Positions 38,350-46,748 of a stretch of DNA of 64,000 nt are shown here, in pieces. Made by a program: the position numbers and the translations under genes. Numbering within the stretch: the first letter of the stretch is position 1; each line of letters opens with the position of its first letter. The DNA comes from Minisyncoccota bacterium (lineage in GTDB: Bacteria > Patescibacteriota > Minisyncoccia > Phycocordibacterales > UBA5272): contig JBAZJW010000001.1 in NCBI GenBank assembly GCA_041651055.1, positions 242,661-306,660 on the forward strand. The letters are read 5' to 3'. The notes beneath the pieces are model-generated. The model was given only the letters and a program-made list of their open reading frames with translations. It did no database searches and was not told the origin of the DNA.

Positions 38350-39558
38350 GTGAAAATAGCACATCTGTCCGTAGCAGGACTCAACACTTGTAGACAACAG
38401 GTGATCGCTGTTCCTCGCGGGGCACCAATCACCAGCACTCGCTTCTTCGCATCTCACGATGTGTTTGAAAACGACAACATGATCATGCATCTGGCGAAAG
38501 CAGAGGAGCTCATCCTTGCATTAACCGGTGCATACAGACGCGGTGAGTCTATGTTTCAAAGCGTTCGCGCTGAGACGCATGGACCACAGTACACCTATGT
38601 GCCAGGATACGAGCTCGGAAGAATTCGTGCTCGTCGAATGGACTACCTGCCAGGTGTTGAAGGTCCAGATATCAGAGTCATTAAAAAAGGAAGTCCGAGG
38701 CATCTCCTGTTCCTTTTCTTCGCGACACTTACAGACAGAAGGACGAAGAGTGGCGGCGACTTCGGTGTCTATGCTTCACACTGCAAAATCTACCACAAAC
38801 ATCCTGAGCTTTACACCTCATCTGCCATCTCTTGGAACAAGGGCGACCTTGGAAAACTCTTGAGTCGGTACAAAATTGGTGTCCCAAACCAATCCGCAGA
38901 ATATTGGATACGTTGTGCCGAGACACTTTTTGGAAATTATGGGGGAAACCCTGTACGTCTCTACGAAGAACACGGGAGTAACGTGGAAGGTATTCTGAAA
39001 TTCAAAGAAGCAGGAAAAAGGCTTGGCAAAAAAAATGGCGACAAGGAAAGTGGAGACCCTCTCCCTGGATATGGTCCCAAAATTGCCTCGCTATACGCTT
39101 TGTTTCTGGATGCGTTCGGCGCCTTGCCGTTTCCTGAGGATGCCTTTCCTGTTGATGTCCAGGTGCAGAGACTTTTCATTCAGTACGGTGCAATAACCAT
39201 GAAGACAAGAGTGTCAAATGCACTGATGGAAAAAACTATTAGACCCCTCGTGTGTCTTTTGGCCAAATTCCACGGACTGGATAAACAGGACATATCACAT
39301 GCGTTTTGGCTTTTGGGAAGCCAAGGATGCACCTCCTGTTCCCGAAGACTTAATGCACCAACGATATGCCCAATCTACTCGAAGTGCCTCGGTTGTCAGA
39401 ACACCGCGAACTACTTTGCGAAAGGTCTATGGGACCCCGCAGACGAACCAATGAAAAAAGGTGCTGCTACGGTTACGTTTGGAATGCTCGCAGAGCGCCC
39501 CACACGGTACAGCCGGAATCCGACAAAAAGCACCCAGATGCATTTGTTCACTGAATAG
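38350..39558 (+). CDS. HhH-GPD superfamily DNA-glycosylase-like protein with a C-terminal 4-Cys cluster and an N-terminal ~130-aa unknown domain
   Basis: GTG start with AAGGAG 5 nt upstream. HhH motif LPGYGPKIASLYALFLDAFGALPFPEDAFPVDVQVQRL (compare EndoIII LPGVGRKTA...FPVDTHV) with Lys and Asp positions conserved. Cys cluster CTSCSRRLNAPTICPIYSKCLGC. Confidence 0.65.
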   Translation: MKIAHLSVAGLNTCRQQVIAVPRGAPITSTRFFASHDVFENDNMIMHLAKAEELILALTGAYRRGESMFQSVRAETHGPQYTYVPGYELGRIRARRMDYLPGVEGPDIRVIKKGSPRHLLFLFFATLTDRRTKSGGDFGVYASHCKIYHKHPELYTSSAISWNKGDLGKLLSRYKIGVPNQSAEYWIRCAETLFGNYGGNPVRLYEEHGSNVEGILKFKEAGKRLGKKNGDKESGDPLPGYGPKIASLYALFLDAFGALPFPEDAFPVDVQVQRLFIQYGAITMKTRVSNALMEKTIRPLVCLLAKFHGLDKQDISHAFWLLGSQGCTSCSRRLNAPTICPIYSKCLGCQNTANYFAKGLWDPADEPMKKGAATVTFGMLAERPTRYSRNPTKSTQMHLFTE

Positions 39559-39574
39559 AAGGCATACTCAGTGC

Positions 39575-39625
39575 CCACAGACTGCTCATCCTCCCCCCAA
39601 GGCTCTGAGCGGTTTTTTTTATTTC
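39575..39625 (+). terminator. weak hairpin (GCTCA...TGAGC) followed by T8
   Basis: T8 run at 39613-39620 after the glycosylase-like gene. Confidence 0.4.
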
Positions 39626-39663
39626 ATAAAATAAATCCATTCAACATACCAAACACTAAAAAT

Positions 39664-39766
39664 TGTTTTAGATACGAGGAGCCTAGGAATTTTTCTAGGA
39701 GACGTAGTTAATGCTACGTTGACGAAGAAAAATTCCGTAGCGACAAAGTAGATGAAATAATTTTTA
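39664..39766 (-). repeat. R1 structured repeat, copy D, abutting the stop codon of the second mreB
   Basis: TTTTAGATACGAGG, outer stem GGAATTTTT/AAAAATTCC, inner hairpin GACGTAGTTAATGCTACGTTGACG, 3' flank CAAAGTAGATGAAATAATTTTTAG. Confidence 0.7.
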
Positions 39767-40777
39767 GCGTTTGGCAAAGATACTGCGTTTGTAAGTATCG
39801 AGATGTTCAAGAGCTATACCTGTCCCCTTCGCCACACAATAGAACGCATCCTCTGCGAGAACCGCTTTGACCCCCGTACGTCTCTCTACTAAGTCTGGGA
39901 AATGACGCAACATCGATGTCCCCCCTGACATAATAATTCCATTATCAATAATATCTGACGCGAGTTCAGGAGGAGTCTCTTGAAGCACATCTTTGATTGC
40001 TTTAATCATTAAACGAAGTTCTTTATCGATCGCCTTTACAATTTCATTCGTTCGAATCTCTACAGTGCGTGGAAGCCCTGCAATAAAATCTCGCCCCTTC
40101 ACTTTCATGGAAAGCTCTTCTTCAACAGGCAGAGCACTTCCTATTTTTATTTTTATTTCTTCAGCAGTCTGGTCTCCAATCGCGAGGTTATATGTCTTTT
40201 TAATGTAATCAATAATTGCCTGATCAATTTTGTTGCCCGCGCATTTCACCGAAGTACTACAAACAATACCGCCAAGAGAAATAACCGCCACGTCTGTCGT
40301 ACCTCCTCCGATATCGACAATCATTCTTCCTTGCGCCTCATGAATAGGAATACCTGCACCGATAGCAGCCAAGATAGGCTCCTTCACCACGTATGCATTT
40401 CGTGCACCTGCCTTTAATGCCGCTTCAATAACCGCACGACGTTCCGTTGAGGTCACTCCTGCCGGCACAGAGACCATCACATCTGGTTTGAAAAAAGTAA
40501 ATCCACCGAGCGCTTTGTGAATATAATACCGAAGCATCGCTTCTGTCACACGATAGTCCGCGATCACACCATCACGCATCGGACGATATGCAATAATCGA
40601 GTCCGGTGTCTTTCCGATCATGTCTTTGGCTTCTGTTCCCACTGCCATAATCTTATTATCAATTTCAGACACCGCGACGACAGATGGCTCCACAAGGACA
40701 ACGCCCTTTCCTGGGACATACACAAGCGTGTTGGCCGTTCCTAAATCGATACCTAGTTTCTTGGAGAAAAATCCCAT
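39764..40777 (-). CDS. mreB: second MreB-family actin homolog (Mbl-like paralog)
   Basis: LGIDLGTANTLVY, DIGGGTTD; 337 aa; distinct from the copy at 30504. Confidence 0.9.
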   Translation of the reverse strand: MGFFSKKLGIDLGTANTLVYVPGKGVVLVEPSVVAVSEIDNKIMAVGTEAKDMIGKTPDSIIAYRPMRDGVIADYRVTEAMLRYYIHKALGGFTFFKPDVMVSVPAGVTSTERRAVIEAALKAGARNAYVVKEPILAAIGAGIPIHEAQGRMIVDIGGGTTDVAVISLGGIVCSTSVKCAGNKIDQAIIDYIKKTYNLAIGDQTAEEIKIKIGSALPVEEELSMKVKGRDFIAGLPRTVEIRTNEIVKAIDKELRLMIKAIKDVLQETPPELASDIIDNGIIMSGGTSMLRHFPDLVERRTGVKAVLAEDAFYCVAKGTGIALEHLDTYKRSIFAKR

Positions 40778-40825
40778 AATGGGTGAATTATAGCATAAAA
40801 AGTGGAAGTAAGGATTCCCTTAATT

Positions 40826-40945
40826 TTTAATTTTTAGTTCTTAGTTCTTAATGTAATACCAATAATTTAAAGGTCTTTTTGGAATTTTTACATAAAAATT
40901 AAAAATTTAAAACTAAAAATTAACGCTGCCTACAAGGCAGCGTTT
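40826..40945. promoter_or_regulatory. AT-rich divergent promoter region with inverted repeat TTAATTTTTAGTT / AACTAAAAATTAA and hairpin AACGCTGCC-TTGTA-GGCAGCGTT
   Basis: Inverted arms about 70 nt apart; a 9-bp GC hairpin immediately upstream of the priA-like start. Confidence 0.35.
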
Positions 40946-40962
40946 ACTGCTATACTACCCTC

Positions 40963-42825
40963 ATGAAAGTGCTCACCGTCGCCCCACTTGCAAATGGGAT
41001 TCCCTATGAGGAACTTTCCTATTTTTCAAAAGACGACGTGAATCCTGGTGACCTCGTAGAAATAACCATCAAGCGACGTGTATGTAAAGCACTTGTATTA
41101 GACGGACATGACGCACAAGAAGAACGCCAATCGCTTCGTCACGCTTCATTTAATTTGAAAAAAATATCAAAGGTCGTCACCAAACAATTTCTTCCTCCAA
41201 AATTATGGAATGCACTTTCCTTTTCTGCATCCTATCTCGTACGGCCACTCGGCACACTTATCTACGACCTTCTCTCAGAAAGATCTTTCGAAACATTAAC
41301 CCCTGTCACGGTACAGACAGAAGCGAAAGGCTTCGAATTACTCTTGCTTGAACAAAGTTATGAAAATAGAATCACGAGGTACAAGACAACGATACGAGAA
41401 TCATTTTCAAAAAAATATTCTCTGGTACTTTTTTTTCCCACCATCACCGACCTCGAATACGCTCGTGCAGAACTCATAAAAGGAATCGATGAGTATGCCG
41501 TCACCCTCCACAGTGGATTAACCGAGAAACAATACAAGGAAGCACAAAAACAAATCACCGAGAATCCTCATCCACTTCTCATTCTTTCGACACCGTCACT
41601 CTTGCCGTGGATACGCAACGATTTAGGACTTGTTATTATAGAACGTGAACACAGTCACTACTACTACACTCACGGTACACAAGGATACGATATGCGATTC
41701 GTTATAGAGCAGCTCGCTCGTGGAAGCGGTATCCCCTGCTTACTCGGATCGCACATGCTCACCCTTCGCGCGCACATGCTCTACAAAACAAAAGACGCAC
41801 ACGAAGTTATGCCGCTGCAATTTCGAAACGATGCGTCTATTTCTGTTATACCAATGATTGATGAAAATAAAAGCGCCAGTCCATATCTCTCACGAGCCGC
41901 ACTCTCTATGCTTCATACTGCAAAAGTCGCCGAGCATGGACACTTCTTTCTCTATGCACACAGAAAAGGAATGTATCCGACAACGGTCTGTTCTGACTGC
42001 GGAACACTCTTTACATGCATCACGTGTAATCGTCCGTATGTCCTTCACAAAATAGCTGGCATGCGTACCTACGTGTGTCATGGTTGTGAAAATATCGTAC
42101 AACTAAATGATGACACGACACTCGCTTGTAAACATTGTGGTGGCTGGCGTATGCAAACACTCGGCATCGCGACCAGTGGCGTCGAAGAAGAACTGCGTCG
42201 TCTCGGTCTTCCACTTTTTGTAATTGATGGAGAAAACACTCCCACACGTGCCAAAGTAAAAAAGGTATACAAAGAGTGGCAAGAGTCCGTGTATGGCGTT
42301 TTGATCGGAACAGAAATGGCACACAATATCATACAAGAGTGTGATGGCATTATTATTCTGTCGCTTGATTCTCTTTTTTCACTGCCAGAATATCGTACCG
42401 ATGAAAAGATTCTCAACCTCGTCACAGAAATGGCGGAGAAGGTAATTCCTGGTGCGGAATATGGAGGCAAACTTATTCTTCAAACACGCCTCAAAAACAT
42501 GCCCGTAATTAAGCAGCTCACCGCGCCAAGCTTTAGAGAAGTGTTCGACACACTTCTCAAAGAGCGAGAGCAGTTTCTTTTACCGCCATACTATACCGTC
42601 ATCAAAGCATCGTTTGATAATTTGGAAGACGCTCTTCGTAGCCGTATGGAACAAGAACTTGAACCATATGTCGTCGAATGGTTCGAGCAAGGTCGTGGGG
42701 TTACCCTTCTTTTTATTCACGTGAAAGAAACTGAGTGGGCCAACAACCCTTCTGTACGTGATCGTGTACGACGTATCGTGTATGACGGGCACCCTCAGGT
42801 TAACCCTCTACACTTCTTCATCTAA
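40963..42825 (+). CDS. priA: primosomal protein N' (PriA)-like with degenerate helicase motifs
   Basis: N-terminal 3'-DNA-binding domain pattern and Cys-rich zinc region (CSDCGTLFTCITCNRP...CHGCEN...CKHCGG), but no GxGKT Walker A and EREH in place of DEEH. Confidence 0.65.
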   Translation: MKVLTVAPLANGIPYEELSYFSKDDVNPGDLVEITIKRRVCKALVLDGHDAQEERQSLRHASFNLKKISKVVTKQFLPPKLWNALSFSASYLVRPLGTLIYDLLSERSFETLTPVTVQTEAKGFELLLLEQSYENRITRYKTTIRESFSKKYSLVLFFPTITDLEYARAELIKGIDEYAVTLHSGLTEKQYKEAQKQITENPHPLLILSTPSLLPWIRNDLGLVIIEREHSHYYYTHGTQGYDMRFVIEQLARGSGIPCLLGSHMLTLRAHMLYKTKDAHEVMPLQFRNDASISVIPMIDENKSASPYLSRAALSMLHTAKVAEHGHFFLYAHRKGMYPTTVCSDCGTLFTCITCNRPYVLHKIAGMRTYVCHGCENIVQLNDDTTLACKHCGGWRMQTLGIATSGVEEELRRLGLPLFVIDGENTPTRAKVKKVYKEWQESVYGVLIGTEMAHNIIQECDGIIILSLDSLFSLPEYRTDEKILNLVTEMAEKVIPGAEYGGKLILQTRLKNMPVIKQLTAPSFREVFDTLLKEREQFLLPPYYTVIKASFDNLEDALRSRMEQELEPYVVEWFEQGRGVTLLFIHVKETEWANNPSVRDRVRRIVYDGHPQVNPLHFFI

Positions 42826-43014
42826 CAGAATTTGCATACGTGGCGATCTTCTTTGTCAAAACTCATTATTTCCTCGTCACTGTACTATTCGTACACCTTC
42901 TTGAAAAGAATGGTTTTTCCTCGAATCTCATCCACGTATACAAATCCTAATACACAAAGAAATGAATTGCTGTGTACTCTTTTTGCTTTAAGCCCTTCGT
43001 GGTAGAGTATAATC

Positions 43015-43557
43015 ATGAAGGTTAAAGACATCATTATCCAAATAGACGAAAAGGAAGATAATCCTCTTCGTGCGGAAGCTCGCATCATTAGAGAGGAAGA
43101 GTTTGGCACGCCATATCTCAAAGAAGTCGTAGCGACAATGCAAGAAGCTCTCGCCCGTGAATCAGACGGTGTGGCTTTGGCTGCTCCTCAAATAGCCCTA
43201 TCGCTTCGCATTTTTGTCATAGCTCCATCTGCCTACCCAGAAGATGCGAAATCAAAACCTCTCGTATTCATCAATCCAAAAATAACCAAGTCATCCAAAA
43301 AAACAGCCAACATGCAAGAAGGATGTCTCTCTGTCAGATGGGTGTACGGTACGACAACTCGCTCCACGTCAGCAACCGTCGAGGCGTACGATATCGAAGG
43401 TAAAAAGTTTAGCTATGGAGGATCGGGACTCATTGCTCACATTTTCCAACACGAGGTAGACCACTTGAATGGTACTCTTTTCATTGACCACGGTTTTGAT
43501 TTTGAAGAATACACAGAAGAAGAGGTAAAGGCCGGAGAAAAGAAAAATAAAAACTAA
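43015..43557 (+). CDS. def: peptide deformylase
   Basis: EGCLS and QHEVDHLNG metal-binding motifs. Confidence 0.93.
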   Translation: MKVKDIIIQIDEKEDNPLRAEARIIREEEFGTPYLKEVVATMQEALARESDGVALAAPQIALSLRIFVIAPSAYPEDAKSKPLVFINPKITKSSKKTANMQEGCLSVRWVYGTTTRSTSATVEAYDIEGKKFSYGGSGLIAHIFQHEVDHLNGTLFIDHGFDFEEYTEEEVKAGEKKNKN

Positions 43558-43559
43558 GT

Positions 43560-44462
43560 ATGGATAAAGATTTGTCTTATGTATTCTTCGGAACAGGGCC
43601 CCTTGCAGAAAGTGTACTTGCCGCGCTCGTGCGAAATGGATACACCCCATCACTTCTCGTAACAAAACCAGATGCACCACAGGGTCGCCACATGCAACTC
43701 ACTGCACCACATATAAAAACATGGTGCGAAATGAAAGGTATCCCTGTTCTTCAGCCAGCAAAATTAGATTCCGAATTTATCTCTCAACTCTCACCTCTCA
43801 CCTGTGACCTATTTATTGTTGCGAGTTACGGGAAAATAATTCCAGAAGCAATTTTAAATATTCCGGAACATGGAGTTCTTAATGTACACCCATCCATGTT
43901 GCCCCTCTATCGTGGCCCTTCCCCTATCGAGTCCGCGTTGCTTGATGGTGTCGTAACAACAGGGGTATCCATTATGAAACTCGATAGCGGCATGGACCAC
44001 GGCCCGATTCTCATTCAGAATGCTTTCTTAATTAATGGAGAAGCGACCGCACAAACACTTGAAGTAGAATGTGGTCAAATAGGTGGAGAACTTTTATCCC
44101 AAGTACTTCCTCACTATCTAGAAGGAACACTCATCCCGAAAGAACAAGATCACACCAAAGCAACTGTGTGTAAAAAAATCACAAAAGAGTTGGGAGAAAT
44201 CACACTCGAAACACGCGGTGATGAGGTACAGAGAAAGTTCCGTGCGCTCACTCCGTGGCCAGGACTTTATTTTTTTATACAACATGGTTCGAATGACTCA
44301 CCACAGACACCTAAAAAGATTCGTGTAAAAGTAACCTCAGTAGCACTTCTTTTATCAGGAGCAGAAACACTCACTGCAAGTGATGTCATAGAAAAAGTAG
44401 TACCTGAAGGAAAACATGAAATCTCGTGGGAAGATTTTAGGAGAGGATATTTACATAGTTAA
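43560..44462 (+). CDS. fmt: methionyl-tRNA formyltransferase
   Basis: Formyltransferase N-domain (HPSMLPLYRGPSPI) plus C-terminal domain; def-fmt operon. Confidence 0.92.
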   Translation: MDKDLSYVFFGTGPLAESVLAALVRNGYTPSLLVTKPDAPQGRHMQLTAPHIKTWCEMKGIPVLQPAKLDSEFISQLSPLTCDLFIVASYGKIIPEAILNIPEHGVLNVHPSMLPLYRGPSPIESALLDGVVTTGVSIMKLDSGMDHGPILIQNAFLINGEATAQTLEVECGQIGGELLSQVLPHYLEGTLIPKEQDHTKATVCKKITKELGEITLETRGDEVQRKFRALTPWPGLYFFIQHGSNDSPQTPKKIRVKVTSVALLLSGAETLTASDVIEKVVPEGKHEISWEDFRRGYLHS

Positions 44463-44487
44463 CAGTCGAGAGTTGAGAGTTTACAGA

Positions 44488-44524
44488 TATTACAAAAGCG
44501 GTGCTGAAGGCACCGCTTTTGTAA
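44488..44524. terminator. bidirectional terminator AAAAGCGGTGC-TGAAG-GCACCGCTTTT
   Basis: 11-bp stem and flanking A/T runs between fmt and the PPIase gene. Confidence 0.8.
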
Positions 44525-44554
44525 TATTCATTTAGAAGTAGTTCGCCAGAATTT

Positions 44555-45265
44555 TTACTTTACTTCAATTTTTTCCACAACCACATCCTGCAAAGGCCTA
44601 TCCGCACCGTCTGTTTGCATATCATTGATGAGAAGGGCAATATCAAGACCGCGTGTTACATGTCCGAATACTGTATGCTTCCCTGCGAGCCATGGTGTTC
44701 CGGCTATCGAGGTCACAATAAAGAACTGACTACCGTTTGTGTTCGGTCCAGAGTTTGCCATAGCGAGTACTCCTTGTGAAAATACATCACTCGGAGATGT
44801 CTCATCTTCAAAAGAATATCCTGGCCCCCCTGTTCCCCATGCGGCTTTCTTTGTAATATCCTTTGAAAGCGGATCCCCTCCTTGAATCATAAAGTCACGG
44901 ATCACACGATGGAATCGTGTACCATTGTAAAATCCTTCACTTGAAAGCTTCGCGAAGTTCGCGACAGTTACTGGAGTGCTCGTTGAAAAGGTGACCTCAA
45001 TAATTCCTTTGTTTGTGGTAATAACTGCTTTGGTTACCTTTTCTGGCACAGGTGATGTTGTTGTACTCATAGTGCTTGTCGCGTTAGTGATAATTTTTAC
45101 AGGCGCTTGTGCCGTATTTTTCTTTACCGTCTCTGTACTTGTTGAAACTGTCCCAACTTTTACTTGAGGAAGATCGATGGTATCTTGCAAAAAATATGCA
45201 AGCCCTCCCATAAGAACAATCAGTACAGCGATGACAGAGTACGTTACTTTAATGTCGTTATCCAT
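44555..45265 (-). CDS. cyclophilin-type peptidyl-prolyl cis-trans isomerase, membrane-anchored with a Thr-rich linker
   Basis: N-terminal TM helix; RFHRVIRDFMIQGGDP and GYSFEDE cyclophilin motifs. Confidence 0.88.
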   Translation of the reverse strand: MDNDIKVTYSVIAVLIVLMGGLAYFLQDTIDLPQVKVGTVSTSTETVKKNTAQAPVKIITNATSTMSTTTSPVPEKVTKAVITTNKGIIEVTFSTSTPVTVANFAKLSSEGFYNGTRFHRVIRDFMIQGGDPLSKDITKKAAWGTGGPGYSFEDETSPSDVFSQGVLAMANSGPNTNGSQFFIVTSIAGTPWLAGKHTVFGHVTRGLDIALLINDMQTDGADRPLQDVVVEKIEVK

Positions 45266-45274
45266 ACCAAAGGG

Positions 45275-45637
45275 TTAGATCAATCGTTTAAACAATGCCT
45301 TAACCTGATGAGCTCCACGACGAAACACAGATCTCTCCTTGTCTTTATGTTGTGCAAGTTCACGTGTTAACATATCTTTCAAAATATCGATCGCCTTATA
45401 CAAATCATCTTGTGTTGTTCGAACCACGGTTTCTTTTCCTCTGATGTGAAGCTGTGCCTCTGCCTGAAATACATCCCCATGAGCATGGTGATTTGTTGTC
45501 TTTGAAAGACCAACAGAAAGCTTCGCACTCGTATCCCCTTCCGGAACATACTTTTCAAGAGATCGCATTTTTTCTAATGCATATTCTCTGATAGCGTCTG
45601 TCATTTCCATATGAACTCCTGTGATTGTGATGTGCAT
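45275..45637 (-). CDS. hpf: ribosome hibernation promoting factor (HPF/RaiA family)
   Basis: Sigma-54 modulation protein / S30EA-fold sequence, 120 aa. Confidence 0.85.
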   Translation of the reverse strand: MHITITGVHMEMTDAIREYALEKMRSLEKYVPEGDTSAKLSVGLSKTTNHHAHGDVFQAEAQLHIRGKETVVRTTQDDLYKAIDILKDMLTRELAQHKDKERSVFRRGAHQVKALFKRLI

Positions 45638-45753
45638 AGATGTGTATGATTAGTAAGTATGTATTCAGTATATACCAAAAACAGCATATACGGATATACA
45701 CATTCACTATCCTACAAAGTACCTTTTTCTCCTCTTTTTGATATACTTACCTC

Positions 45754-46365
45754 ATGACTACACACAATTTTACATTTAAAGAAATATTCAGTTCAGCCTG
45801 GGGGCTCACCAAGAAAAATGCTTGGTATCTCCTTTGTGTCCTCCTTGCAGGAGCTATTATTATGGGTGCCGTTGATCATATTAAGGTTCTCGGCGCTATC
45901 GTCGGACTCTTTTTAGGTGTCGCTGTCATTACCGTATCCCTTATTATTGTAGAAGGTAAAACACCAACCTTCTCTGACCTTTTTTCAAGCTTCAAGAGCT
46001 ATACAATTATCTGGAAGTACCTCCTCGCTTCTGTTCTCTATGGCATTATTATTTTTGTCGGGCTACTCCTTCTTATTATCCCTGGTGTCTACCTCGCTGT
46101 TCGTCTTCAGTTCTACAAATTCCTTATTATAGAAAATGAGAATATTAAGGTTATGGATTCACTCACACAGAGTATGAATATGTCACGTGGACATTTCTGG
46201 AAACTTTTTGGTTTCATTGTTACTCTTCTTGTAGTTAACACTATTGCAGCCATTCCTTTTGGTCTAGGTCTTATTGTGACAGTTCCTGTTTCTGTATTAG
46301 CAAGCACAATTCTCTACAAGAAACTTCTTCCACACGCTCACACGCACGCACACGTACAAGCGTAA
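45754..46365 (+). CDS. hypothetical polytopic membrane protein with a His-rich C-terminus (HAHTHAHVQA)
   Basis: 4-5 predicted TM helices; TATACT -10 box 7 nt upstream of the ATG. Confidence 0.6.
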   Translation: MTTHNFTFKEIFSSAWGLTKKNAWYLLCVLLAGAIIMGAVDHIKVLGAIVGLFLGVAVITVSLIIVEGKTPTFSDLFSSFKSYTIIWKYLLASVLYGIIIFVGLLLLIIPGVYLAVRLQFYKFLIIENENIKVMDSLTQSMNMSRGHFWKLFGFIVTLLVVNTIAAIPFGLGLIVTVPVSVLASTILYKKLLPHAHTHAHVQA

Positions 46366-46380
46366 GTATTCTATACACAG

Positions 46381-46421
46381 AAAAGGCCGTACACTGTAAT
46401 CTTGCAGAGTACGGCCTTTTC
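46381..46421 (+). terminator. terminator AAAAGGCCGTAC...GTACGGCCTTTTC
   Basis: 8-bp GC stem then a T run. Confidence 0.7.
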
Positions 46422-46455
46422 TTGTATGATTGTATACATCATTTCAATGTTTAGC

Positions 46456-46530
46456 TCCGCGGTAGCTCAGCGGTAGAGCAGCTCGCTGTTAACGAGTTGG
46501 TCGTAGGTTCGATCCCTACCCGCGGAGCCA
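46456..46530 (+). tRNA. tRNA-Asn (anticodon GUU), CCA encoded
   Basis: Hand-folded cloverleaf: acceptor TCCGCGG/CCGCGGA, D arm GCTC-AGCGGTA-GAGC, anticodon arm GCTCG-CTGTTAA-CGAGT, variable loop TGGTC, T arm GTAGG-TTCGATC-CCTAC, discriminator G, CCA. Confidence 0.9.
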
Positions 46531-46537
46531 AGCATTG

Positions 46538-46577
46538 AAAACTAAAATACCCCTTTCATGGGGGTATTTTAGTTTTC
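46538..46577 (+). terminator. perfect hairpin AAAACTAAAATACCCC-TTTCATG-GGGGTATTTTAGTTTT after the tRNA
   Basis: 16-bp arms. Confidence 0.7.
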
Positions 46578-46593
46578 AACAGTTTCCCAGCGG

Positions 46594-46695
46594 GTAGGGA
46601 TCGAACCGAAGGTCCACATTTTTAATGACTGAAAGGAATATAAAAATGTAGGATCCCGACCAACGGGAGGGGCGATCCCTACCCTGAAAAATAAA
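46594..46695. other. structured segment built from inverted and direct partial copies of the tRNA-Asn T-arm/acceptor 3' end
   Basis: CGGGTAGGGATCGAACC (reverse complement of the tRNA 3' half) and GGGGCGATCCCTACCC (direct copy) enclose an inner hairpin CCACATTTTTA...TAAAAATGTAGG. Confidence 0.5.
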
Positions 46696-46748
46696 ACACC
46701 TACCCCACAACCCTTGCATAATAAAAAAAATTATTCTAGTATAAAAAC

